Origin: Chrysomallon squamiferum
Taxonomy: Eukaryota; Animalia; Mollusca
Direction of reading: 5' to 3'
DNA: 64,000 nucleotides
Assembly: GCA_012295275.1 (NCBI GenBank)
Contig: CM022679.1
Coordinates: forward strand, 27,776,001 to 27,840,000
The position numbers and the translations under genes are program-made. Shown piece after piece: positions 14,215 to 26,500 of the stretch. The notes below the pieces were generated by a model. That model made no database searches, was not told where the DNA came from, and saw only the letters and a list, made by a program, of their open reading frames with translations. Numbering within the stretch: the first letter of the stretch is position 1; the number at the start of each line of letters is the position of its first letter.

Positions 14215-15352
14215 CAGAGTTTATTAAGTATACAGATATTTTCTTGTTCATATTAACTCTCTTTATTAAAATTATGTTAGTATACTCACTTATTTATAAG
14301 TGCATATAGATATATGGTATTTGTAGATGTATATATAATTAACTAATTAATATTGTTTTACAAATATTATTGACGTATTTAAACGTTACTATAGTTGTGT
14401 GTTTATTGTTTAGTTTATTCGTTTACGTATTTGATTTGTAAATAATAATTCATTGTTATTTCTGATAATTATGATATCACATTTGATTTATAAATAATAT
14501 TACATCGACTTTATTTGTAAATAATATTACATCGAGTTTATTTGTAAATAATTATTATATAATTAAATTTGTAAATAATAGTACATTGTATTTATTTGTA
14601 AATAAATATAAATATTTAATAATTATATGCGTTCAGTTCAACGCTTATTGGGTTTTTTAAAAAGTGAAAAAATAAAATTTATTTATATAAAACGCCGTGT
14701 TTTGTTTTTCATTTTAGATTTATTCTGTTTTACAATTTACACTAACTTCATATTTTGCTTTTTAAATTATCTTATTTTAAACAATAAATTTTCTTATTTT
14801 GCATTTTAAATTATGTTTATTTTAAGTTGTTAAAAGTTTTGCTAAATCTATGTAAGTAAACTAAGTAATATTGTAAACACGCGACGAGAGCTAACTTCGT
14901 ACATGTAAGTACGCGTGTACCAGCATTTACATGAAGTTAAAGAACATTAAGAAAATAAAAAAAATAAAAAGTAAAATAAAAAGAAAATTAAAAAACAAGA
15001 ATGAAAAAAGAAGAAATGTGAGACATTTCAGTAATTGTGTGAATTCTCTCTAATTCTCACAGTCAGGAAAGATTTAAACATTATTACACTTTTAAACAAA
15101 CATTCATTCAAGTTTGTGATTATTTCATTTATTTCTAATATTTAATAAATTAAATTCTTTTTTATAATAGTCAAGGTAGACAGTATTAAAATAATTCTAT
15201 AAATATGACTTTTTAATGTGAAATTAAATTTTAAATATATACATTAATTATCATCATAATCATCATCATCATCATTGATCGTGAATAAAATAATAATATT
15301 GATATTAAAAATAATAATAATAAATGAAATATAAAGAAATAAAAAAGAAATG

Positions 15353-15410
<58 letters not shown>

Positions 15411-16028
15411 TCATATTAATGTTTGAATAATGAACCAAACTGCAATTTAACTGTTATCATTTCTTTTCTTTTTTTTTTTTTTTTTTTTTTTCAGTATCGG
15501 AAATAAATTTCACTCAAAATCCAGATGTTTCGTCGCCATTTTCTTAACACGAAAAAATAAATAATATTAATGATTTCACTTTCAACAGATGGCGTCGACG
15601 TCATACATTTTGAGAGAAAAAAAATATATATATATATATATAACAAAAAATAGAAACAAATAAATAAATAAATAAAATAAAATATTCTAATAATATTTTT
15701 TTTAATAATAAATAAATAACTTTCTAAAAAAAAAAAGAGTCACATTCTTAAGTATTGTTGATGATAAACTGTTGTTTTGTAAGACACTGATGCATTAAAA
15801 ATTAACACAATATCTTAACAAAACACAACATAGCATCATATAATATAATATAATATAATATAATATAATATAATATAATATAATATAATAATGTAATGTA
15901 ATGTAATCCAATACAGAACAATACGACAAAAAACTCAAAATTTCTTATGTTAATGTATTCAACGTTCTTTTTTTTTATTTTGCAATTATTAATATTATTA
16001 TTATTATCGTCTTATTTATTTATATATT

Positions 16029-16064
<36 letters not shown>

Positions 16065-16480
16065 CTGAAACGACAACGTAGACGGTTTTCTCAACGTCTT
16101 GAAGCGGACACGGCAGTTTGTTGGTGATAAACAATCACTCGAGGTGAGCGCGCGGCATCCAATTATCTGCAGCAAAGTTTGATTATCTCGCGCAGCACGC
16201 GCCAGCCGGGTCTTCCAACTAGGTAGAGAAAAGATTTAATTTGCGGTGAAAAGATCATTATCTGAATTACTGTCACAAGTTGACCAGCAACAAGAGATTA
16301 AATAAAATATTTATTTAAACCAGAATAAATTCACCTATCGCCTTCAATTATTTGAACCGACTGCCCCCTCCTGTTGTGCGTCACATGATTTTGTCTCGCT
16401 TTGATTGATTTTGACACCTTGTTTTACTAATTTGTTTTGTATTAACTGTACGCTTGGATATTTTAATAATAGTAGATATT

Positions 16481-16569
<89 letters not shown>

Positions 16570-16974
16570 ACGAAAAGGAAGACCAAATCATCAGCAGTTA
16601 CTAAATTATCGTTCCTGACTGTATGAAGTTAGACTCCGCCCTAAGATAAGCGCTTTCCTAATCGTCAAATCGGAATGGACGTGTTCCCAGTCATCAATAC
16701 GCGAGTGAAGTTTATTTATGAACGATTTCTCTGTTTTCGTTACGGATGTGGAGTTTACAGCTCCGACCGTCTGACACTCACAGCAGTGACGTAGAGAAAC
16801 AAACACAAGCAACTTGTCCTCACACGTGTGTATTCTTTGAAACAAAATAACACGAGTAACGTTACTAGGTAACAGAGTAAGATATAGGTCAGCAGGTTAA
16901 TTGTGTGACCACTAACTGATATAAGAAGTGTAGCAATAGTGAAAAAAAGAAACAACAACAACAGCAGCAGTACC

Positions 16975-17006
<32 letters not shown>

Positions 17007-17429
17007 CAACAACAATAATAATAGTTTAATAATGAAATAAAAAGTTAATTAACAAAGTAGACAGTAATTATTACATATGCTCCGCAGGTTTGGTTACCAC
17101 CGTTTCTTAATTAAACAAGAAAGCACACACCATGATCTGTGACAAACTTGTCACTGGCACTGGTGGAAGTGGAAATACTTGAATCAGTATTGTGAATAGT
17201 TGATTTTAACTTGTAATTACAAAAGAATATCAGTATTCTCATCACTCTTCATCTTCACAGTGTTTGTCTGCAGCTCACATAAATTATTAATAATTATGTT
17301 CTAACTATTTAAGACAGCTGTATAAAGCTGCTTGTAACTGCTTGGAGAAATCTCTTTTTTTATCTGTCATCGTAACAAAAACAGATCTCGAATACGAAAC
17401 AAGCAACACCATGACTTACGTTTAATTTC

Positions 17430-17704
17430 CTGTTTACTATCAACAGAACTTGTAATATCTACAACGTGTATTGTCAACAACACATGTAATATCTACAGTT
17501 ACACAACGTTTACTGTCAGCAAAACTTGTAATATCTAGAAATACAATGTTTACTGTCAACAGAACTTTTAATATCTAGTTACACAACGTTTACTGTCAAC
17601 ACAAATAATATTTAGTTATATACTTTACTCTTAACAGAACCGTAATATTTACACTTATATAATATAAACTTGTAATATCTACAATTATATAATGTTTACA
17701 GTGA

Positions 17705-17740
<36 letters not shown>

Positions 17741-17750
17741 GTAATATCTC
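17430..17750. repeat. Degenerate ~42-bp minisatellite, ~7 copies
   Basis: Recurring tttactgtcaacagaacttgtaatatctac...acacaacg motif. Confidence 0.75.
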
Positions 17751-18823
17751 AACAATACACATAGTCCAAGACATGGTGTTGTGTTGCTATGTTAATCAGT
17801 CAGGGCAACTTGTTATTGTCAAGGAGAGGACTGTTGGGCGAGGAGGAGTACGGTGAATAGAGGAGGCAAGAAAACATCTGTGGTTTTAGTTTTCAAAACG
17901 AACTTGTTGGCATCCCGTATCTGATAATCAGACATTTCTAGAACTAAACCGATCAAAAATTGTTGCTGTATTGTACCTAAAATTTATTTGTTCCTTCCAC
18001 ACCTTCTTCTGTATTTGCTTTCTCAACTTAGACCGACTGCGGCGCGCTCTCGCCTACTTGAGGCAATTACTAGATGATATACAAACGAAATTTGCCTTAT
18101 CTTACTAAATGAGAAGCTCTTTTGTGTAGCCTGTCGATTTAGCGTATTTATCCGACCTGCCATTGTAGTGTTCTCTGCTGGGCAAGTTAAACATGTATAC
18201 ATGTGTATTAATCTAACAGTGCAATAATAATGCCGCGCGTACTTCCCGTCATGCCTACAGCAGGCGGTGCTCAGTATCACAGCAATCAAAATTTCATTCT
18301 TAGCACGATATATCTTCATAGGGTATTCAGTGGCAAAAAGTGAAGCAGATTAAATTTATGTCCCTTTTTTGAACTTCAATACTATGACACTTTCCTATTT
18401 TATGCATGCACATAGGCAGGCATAAATATAATTATTCAAAGTGCTATTGCCAATAACGGTAGATAAATGTTTTACTTACTATATACATATGACAGCTAGA
18501 ATTGTCTCCCTTGATCTTAATTTTGATCCTGAGATTTATTGATAGACGAAACGCTAACTGAATTTTTCTATTATAATACTTCACCATAAATTCAGTAAAT
18601 TATTTTATAACATACGCGTCATTAAATGTTTTGACATTACAACATAATTAACTTTATTTTTCGTTTATTTTATTTTATGTTTATTAATGTTAAAAGCCTC
18701 TGTTCTAGTAATTTGTGGAATGTACAACAGATAAACACTAGACTGTTCCTATGAGCTGCTACGAAGGAAACATTTGTTCAACATTACGGTGTAACAGTCT
18801 AGTTTCCGTCTGCAAGAAGAATT

Positions 18824-19409
18824 ATGTCGCGATCAGTTTTGAAGGTGTTTTCCAGGCAAATCTCCACATCAGTTAGCAGATGTGCATCTATCAAGTATTT
18901 GACAGTTATCGGAGGTGGACTGATGGGTTCAGGCATTGCACAGGTGCGTAAATATCTATGGCAACACATATTAAAACATGATAGTACTAAGCCGGGTATC
19001 AGAATGAACTTTGAACCTATTAACTCAGATTAAGTTACTATAGTACTCTTGTACTTTGAACTTTTAAATTATTAACTGCATAAGCTAGAGAATTTTATTA
19101 TTTTTATTATTATTATTATTATTATTATTTACATTTACATTTAAGTTACTCGGCCTGCTTATCCAGTTTGAAGACTAAAGTCTAGTTATTTACAGCACAA
19201 TTAAATTATTAATAATAGTGAAAGAGAGAGAGAGAGAGAGAGAGAAAAAGAGAGATTATGGCAGTCAGAAAGAGCACAACAAGAACCATAAACAAATGTG
19301 TAAAATGATAAATAAAATAAAAATGTTTCTAGAAAAAATAAATAAAATTGTTTTAAAGTAAAGAAAACAATCAGTTATTGTAACTATTATGGAACAGTTT
19401 TATTTTATT

Positions 19410-19460
<51 letters not shown>

Positions 19461-22400
19461 TTACTTTGTCTTACATTTGCAGGTGGCTGCTGCAGCTGGA
19501 CAGAATGTCACCCTGGTTGACCAGACAGATGACATTCTGAACAAATCAATGGGTGCCATTAAGAAAAGTCTAGAAAGAGTAGCCAAGAAAAAGTTTGCTG
19601 AGGATCCTAAAGTGAGACTCAGTTTTACTTTTCATATACATTTAAATTATTTAATATTTTAATTTCGTTTTGTTACTTTATTTATGTTTAGTTTTATGTC
19701 TGGGTTAATAGAAAAAAAACATTTTTGAAGTTTGAAGACAGATTGTGATCTTACACAGAGGACACTGTCCAGACAGGATCCACTAAATGAAAACACTTGT
19801 CAGAGTAATTGTGTGTGTTTAATTATTTTTAAAATAAATAGTTTGTCATGTTTCAAAGGCAGATGTAAATTGCAAAAACAGCACTGATTTACAAATACCT
19901 GTCTTTAAAAGAAAGATTTAATTTTTATATTGGTTTGCTATTAAATGTTTTGTCTTTATTGTTGTTTTTTGTTTTATTATTTAATATCATATTTAATGGT
20001 GTATTTTTATTATTTGAGGGAGGTGAGAAGTTTGTGTCAGATGTAATGAAACTGATATCAACAAACACAAGTGCTGAGTCAGCAGTTTCTAATGCTGATC
20101 TTGTTGTTGAGGCAATTGTAGAAAATCTGGACGTGAAGAAAAAACTTTTTTCATCTCTTGATAAGAAAGCTCCTAAGTGAGATATTCATTAAAGCAGATT
20201 TCTATTAGTCTGTAAATTTTATTTGTCATAAAAACTGTTATTTCCATGATCTTACTTTATATTTTTGGGGCTTCCTTTGATGTGTATCTGTTTCTTTGTT
20301 TTGATTTGTTATTTTATAATTAATGAACTCTGTCTTCTTTTTTTTGTTACTGAATCATGCAGCTGTAAAACTGACAGATATATGTATATATAGTTACAAA
20401 TAAATTAAATGTTTCTGTCCCAAAATAGAAAATAAAATAAATAGGTCAGTTAGTGTTTAGATATTGTTAACAATTAATAATTTGTATTAATTAAAGTTGA
20501 ATAATTTCAATTTATTAATAATATCAACAAAAAAAAACCCACAAAAAAGCAACAAATGCTTATATGTAAAAATTATGTCATATTTTTAGACACACGATTT
20601 TTGCAAGTAACACATCATCCATCCCAATAGTGGACATCGCAGCATCCACCCAGAGACTGCAGCAGTGGGGTGGAACCCACTTCTTTAACCCAGTCCCAGT
20701 GATGAAACTACTTGAGGTTTGTAAATAACATTAATTTTGTTTTATCAAATACCAGTATAACTTTACATATTGTATAAATGAGTTCAGCAAAGAGAAAGTT
20801 TTGTCATATAATTATTCTTTTCTTTCCTTTTACTGGTGTTTCTTAAACCAAGGGAAACAACTGTCTTCATTATAGACAGCAATTAAAATAAACATTTACT
20901 AACACTAATAAACTTCTCTTTTGAAATTAACAAATGTTATCAAATCAGAACTCTTTCATTTATATGTAAGAAATATTTAAAAAAGCCAAAGTAAGCTGAA
21001 GCATATCAGTCCTTTCTCTCTCTCATTCTCTCAGTCGTTCATCACTGTTCATCTCTCTCAACAATACATATTCGAGAAAAGTAAGCTCTTTAAATAATCC
21101 TAATATACATTTCAGAAATGGATGTATTAAGAACTGGGAAAGTGTGGGTAATTATTAAACCTGTTCAGTGATGTTAAGTACTAATCTGTGTTTCTTTGGA
21201 AAAATTACTGTGATTTTTATTTTGTGTTGTTATTAAACAGAATGTTTATTTCAAAAATGTTGTTATTTGCAGTCGGATTGAGCTGTTTATCTTCTAAAAA
21301 TATTGCTATTTTATTACAGAAACATGTTTTCTGTGTTTAGTAACAATATAAAATTCATTGTTTTTACTAGCATGTTGCTGTTGTTTTAAAACCTATTTTT
21401 GGTTTTGAGTAATTTATATCTCTGATACTGTTTTATTCTAGTTTTTGTAAACATTCTAAGACTAAATCGGATAATAAATAAACAAATAAAAATTGATGTT
21501 TTATATAAGTGATACAGTAAAATATTTACTATGTGATCTTCACATATCTCTTGTAAACAGTTTTTGTTAATGTAAATGTTTTATTTTTGACACAGTAAGT
21601 ATGCCTGTGGAAGCACAGTATGCATTTTTCTTAGCTCAGAACAAGTTTTCTTATCATTTTTAGGTTATCAGAATTCCAGAAACAAGCGATGGAACATTTC
21701 AAACTTTGCTAGAATGGGGAAAATCAGTTGGCAAAGTAACTGTTCAGTGCAAGGTAAGATTTAATGTATTCGGTAAACAAACATATAAATAAATAAACAA
21801 AGAGACAAATAAATATATAAGTGTGAGTAGAACAAATTCTATTAGATTTAGTTGGTTGACAGTCTCCATGAATTAAACTGTAATATTTAAGAAATTTTTT
21901 TTTTTTTTATTTCATGATAAACCTGATGTAATTAAGTTAAATTGTAATATTTAAGAATTTTTTTTTTTTTTTTATATTTCAGGATACACCAGGTTTTATT
22001 GTCAATCGACTTCTTGTTCCTTACATGGCAGAAGCTGTAAGACTGGTAGAAAGAGGTGAATACAAATTAAACTGTTTATAGTTAAATAAAACTTGTCACT
22101 CTTAAGTATGTTTCAGTGTGGCCTCTTTAAAGTAACTGAAAACAATTTGTGGTTTCCCATTGCATATCATTGAAAACTCATAGGATCTTAACAAGCCTTG
22201 GTAGTGAAATATGTAAACACTGGTTTGTGTACATTAAAAATAAACATTATAACAATGTGTAGATGTGTGTAAAGACATGTATTTGTTTGTGTATTACAGT
22301 GTATAGTAATCTGAATATTTGTGTATTATAGGGGATGCGTCACCCAGGGATGTTGACACAGCTATGAAACTGGGAGCTGGTTATCCAATGGGTCCCTTTG

Positions 22401-22781
22401 AGCTGTCAGACTATGTGGGACTCGACACAACCAAGTTCATTCTTGATGGTGAGTTTAATGTGTAGTGTCAACATATTTATACACAGTGTCTTTTCTCTTG
22501 TTACCATTTTATATTCAATGAATACAAGTAAAAATCTGAAACTATTCTTCAACTGTTGTGATTACAAGTCAAAACAAAAATTAAATTATTTTATTTTATT
22601 AATAAATGTTGTATGAAATTATTTGCATAGATTGTATATTTGTGACATTTTATTTCTAGGCTGGCATCAACGTTATCCAGACAACCCTCTGTTTAAACCA
22701 ATCCCGATGCTGGACAAACTTGTGTCTGAAGGAAAATTAGGAATGAAATCTGGAGAGGGATTTTACAGTCACAAAAAATAA
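18824..22781 (+). CDS. HADH: Mitochondrial short-chain 3-hydroxyacyl-CoA dehydrogenase, 311 aa; exons 18824-18943, 19483-19611, 20019-20176, 20590-20716, 21664-21753, 21983-22055, 22332-22448, 22660-22781
   Basis: Arg/Ser-rich presequence, Rossmann [100 protein letters not shown]; phases join to 936 nt; AATAAA at ~22874. Confidence 0.97.
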
Positions 22782-23558
22782 TCATATATTTATATTTACT
22801 GAAATGACTGGACTGATGTAAAGTAAACTAAGAGTATAAAATTTGTGTATGTTATATAAATGTGTGATGTGTGAATAAACTCTATACAATATTCAGTTGT
22901 TGTTTTTCTATCTCATTTAAGAAATTATCAAATTTAACATATCTAAACTGATTTTAGTAATAAATTACATATATGTCATATACAGTAAAGTAGGATTTTT
23001 AATGCTACCTGATAAACCTCAGTGTAAAAAAACACTCAAAAAGACAAAAGTGAAATGAAGTATCATGATTTGTTTTTCCCCAGGAGATAACTATTTTTCT
23101 TTTAAAATTTAATGAAATATCCAGACTGACTATTTAATGTGTAAATAATTAAAATTTTGTTTAGCACTGAATCAACTGAAATTAGTCTCTTGATGAAACT
23201 GACAACAAACTACATGTCATGAAACAACAGATGTTAAGGTTTTCAGTAAATATTTAATACATTTATCTATGAATAAAGTAGAAGTCATTTTGTTATCAGA
23301 CATTATTTCTTTGTTGATGTTCAGTGTTTTTGTCAACCTGTAATAAAGCGACAAAGAAAAAGGTATTTTGTGAATGTTACAGTAGTAGTAGAAATCTTGT
23401 ATTAAATTAGTCTGATTGTATCTTTGTTTTATAACATGAAACAAATGTTACAGATTTGTGATTGTCCAGCATGTTGAATGTGTTAAAATTTATTTTATTT
23501 TATATTCACTTTATTTTCATTTTTTATATTTATTAAATAAAATTTCTTTTTCTTTTTT

Positions 23559-26500
23559 TCAGTCTTTCTTGTTTTTATTTTTCTTTTTCTCCAGTTTTCC
23601 CAGCAGTCTGAACATTTCCTTTTTAGTTTGTCTGTGTTTGGCAAGTTTTGCTTCCTCCAACTTTTCTTTCTCCTTCTCATGTTTAGCTGCTCTGTGTCGC
23701 ATGTCAACATGTGCTACACGCCGCTTGTGTTCATACAGAGCTTTCATCATGTGCATCAACTTCGCTATCTGCATAGATTATATAATATCATTAACTTAAG
23801 TAGTTACAATTTTATAAATTATTAAAAATAATTAATTCTGTAATCTCAGGTATTTCTGAAATAAAAGATTATTACATAAAATAGAACTAACCTAATCAAA
23901 CCATTTTGTATTTATTTTCATTCCCTGGACAGAAAACTTAAGAAAATAAAGATTTCCTAAAATGAATTTTTCTGGTATCTGTTACTATTCATTTAAGTGA
24001 ACAAAGACTATAAAACATCTTTATCACATTTCACTCTATAATGCTAATACTGAATTGTTTGTTTCTGTTATCTCTGTGAGATTTGCTGTTACCTTTTTCT
24101 GTGACAAACAAACAAACAAAGCAGAGAGACAAAATGACAAAGTATCTGTAGAACATGCACACTTTCTGTACAACAATTACAAATATCAGTTTCCTTACCT
24201 TGGCTTCCTTCGGTTCTCTCACCACACTGATTCGTTTCAGTTTGCTGATACTCTTGCCTAGCTCTTTTGGTGTGTCTTTGAATGGAAGATGTTTCTGGAG
24301 TTCTCTTGGAATGACCAGTGGTTTGAATGGTCTGGATGGACGTTCAATGTTCTGTATCAGAGAGAGTAGTTGTTACATTTTGACAGAAAAACTTGTAATT
24401 GTGTGTAATTTAAACTTTTATTTAATCTGTATTTTACAATATCTGGTGGTTCAACAGACCATCAGAAAGTATAAATTTATAAGTTATTTTAGAATATAAT
24501 TTCTGATATCTAGAATCTATTTCTGTGCCTTGTACCTAGAGAATTGTTACTATTATAAATAAATTAATAAACTTGATAATTTTACCTGGTATCTAAAATG
24601 TAGTTTTTGTGGTATAAATATACTAATCATATTATATTAGATTAATTTTTATCCTGGTACCAACAGACTGGTTTTTGTGATATGAATATATTTATATACT
24701 TGTTAATTTTGCCTGGTATTTAAAATGTAGTTTATGTGGTGGGTCATTCCGTGTCAAATCACCCAATGAGTTAAACCCAACCGTCTCAGATTTTTATGAA
24801 TACCAATTTTCAACAATGCCAATTTTATCAAGATTGGCCCAGTAGTTCCTGAGATATGGTCACACCCATTTTGGCCAAAAATCTCAAAATTCAGGGGACA
24901 ATATCTCCCACTAGGCTGATCTGATTGGCCTAAAATTCTGGATTTGGTGCTGTGGGATCCCAGTCAACAAGTATACCAAGTTTCATAAAAATTTAAGACG
25001 GTTGGTTTAAAATTTGTTTTTTGCGGGGTGATTTGACACGAAATGACCCTGGTATAAATATTCTAATCATTTTATACTTGATAATTTTTTTCCTGCTATC
25101 TAGAGTGGTTTTTTGTGATGTGAATATATTTATATACTTGATGATTTTACCTGGTATCTAGAATCTGGTTTCTGTGGTACTGTAAGATTTCTCTCTTTTC
25201 TCAGCTGCCCAACTGTTTTCATTCCTTGCCACTTATTCTTCTCAGAAAGAGGCAACAGAAGGGAGGTAACTGGGTTATAAAACGTTGGAACTTCAACTGG
25301 GTACCATGTTCGCAGAAACACAATGTCTAAAATGTAGTGAGAACAAAAATTAAAACTCAAAATAATGTTTAAATAAAAAAGAGCATTTTCATTTTAATTT
25401 GTAAGAAGACAGTTATATATAAAAAATAAAATTTTATAATTTCAGTGTCAAACATGTAAGGAAATAATCAGTGCTGTATGATTTAAAAATCAGAAGAAAC
25501 AGTTTTATTTCTTAAATATTCATCTAAATGAATAACAGAAAGAAACGCTTTTGGTAATTATTACTTAATGCAAAAAAATAATAATAAAAAAACGATAATC
25601 AGTTAAAACTGAAAGAAAACAAATTTATGTAGATATTATTTAAAATTCTAACAAATTTTTTTTACCACTCAACAAAATTTTGTCTTCAAATGTAGCTCGG
25701 AAAGAGCCTGGCGGAGTTTTGTTTGCCTTTTTGATCTGACCTCGAATTCCACTGACTGTTTTGACTGCAGCCCCCTCAAACTTGGCCACCTCTAACTGTG
25801 TGTTGAACATCCCCTGAAAACAGAGTGTAATAAAAATAATTAAACTTTTTATATCTTCAGTTCATGTACAGAAGATGCGAGCCAATGTTCCAGTAGGCAA
25901 AGAAATAACAAGATTTATCAGCAGTGTGAAAAAGCACTGGTTGAAGACAGAGAGAAGAGCTGATCTACAACAGGACAAACTTCTTACCTCAATGAAAGCA
26001 GTTTTCTTAAATATTTTTGTAGGTGTTCCAACTAGTTTGAGCTTTTTCACAATTTGCATCGATTTGTCCAGTTCCAACACAACTCCTGTTGCAGCAATTC
26101 GGAAATTAGACTGAAATTAAAACATTAGTTCACAGTGACTGGTAGATCAAGTAGAATGATGGTTTTATTCTAATTAAGTTTTTTAATTAAGTTCATTAAT
26201 TAATGATCATTTAAAATATGTCCCTGAATTCATGTGTTATTTTTAAAATAATAAAACTTACACTCAATTCAGACACACTTTCTACTGCCAACAAACCAGT
26301 TCCTTGAGGAGTTATGGGCCCTGAATAATGAATACAAAAAAATAAAAAGCAAAAGAAATGAATAAACTTGCTGTTATAAATTTCTCTACAAACAAAATTA
26401 TTGTAAATTCATACCATGTTTGTCAAAAGATAAATTAGCACAGTTAACTTTAAACCATAACTACTATAAACAACTAGAAGATAACAAATTTACAAAGCTG

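Noticed and set aside
18737-18803. 11-bp inverted repeat actagactgtt/aacagtctagt before the HADH ATG
   Set aside because: Too short and isolated to distinguish from chance; no TSD or additional pairing.
25830-25985. Intronic H/ACA snoRNA candidates in BMS1 (here and ~29710-29810)
   Set aside because: Short stems and ACA triplets exist, but no convincing two-hairpin fold with a properly placed H box.
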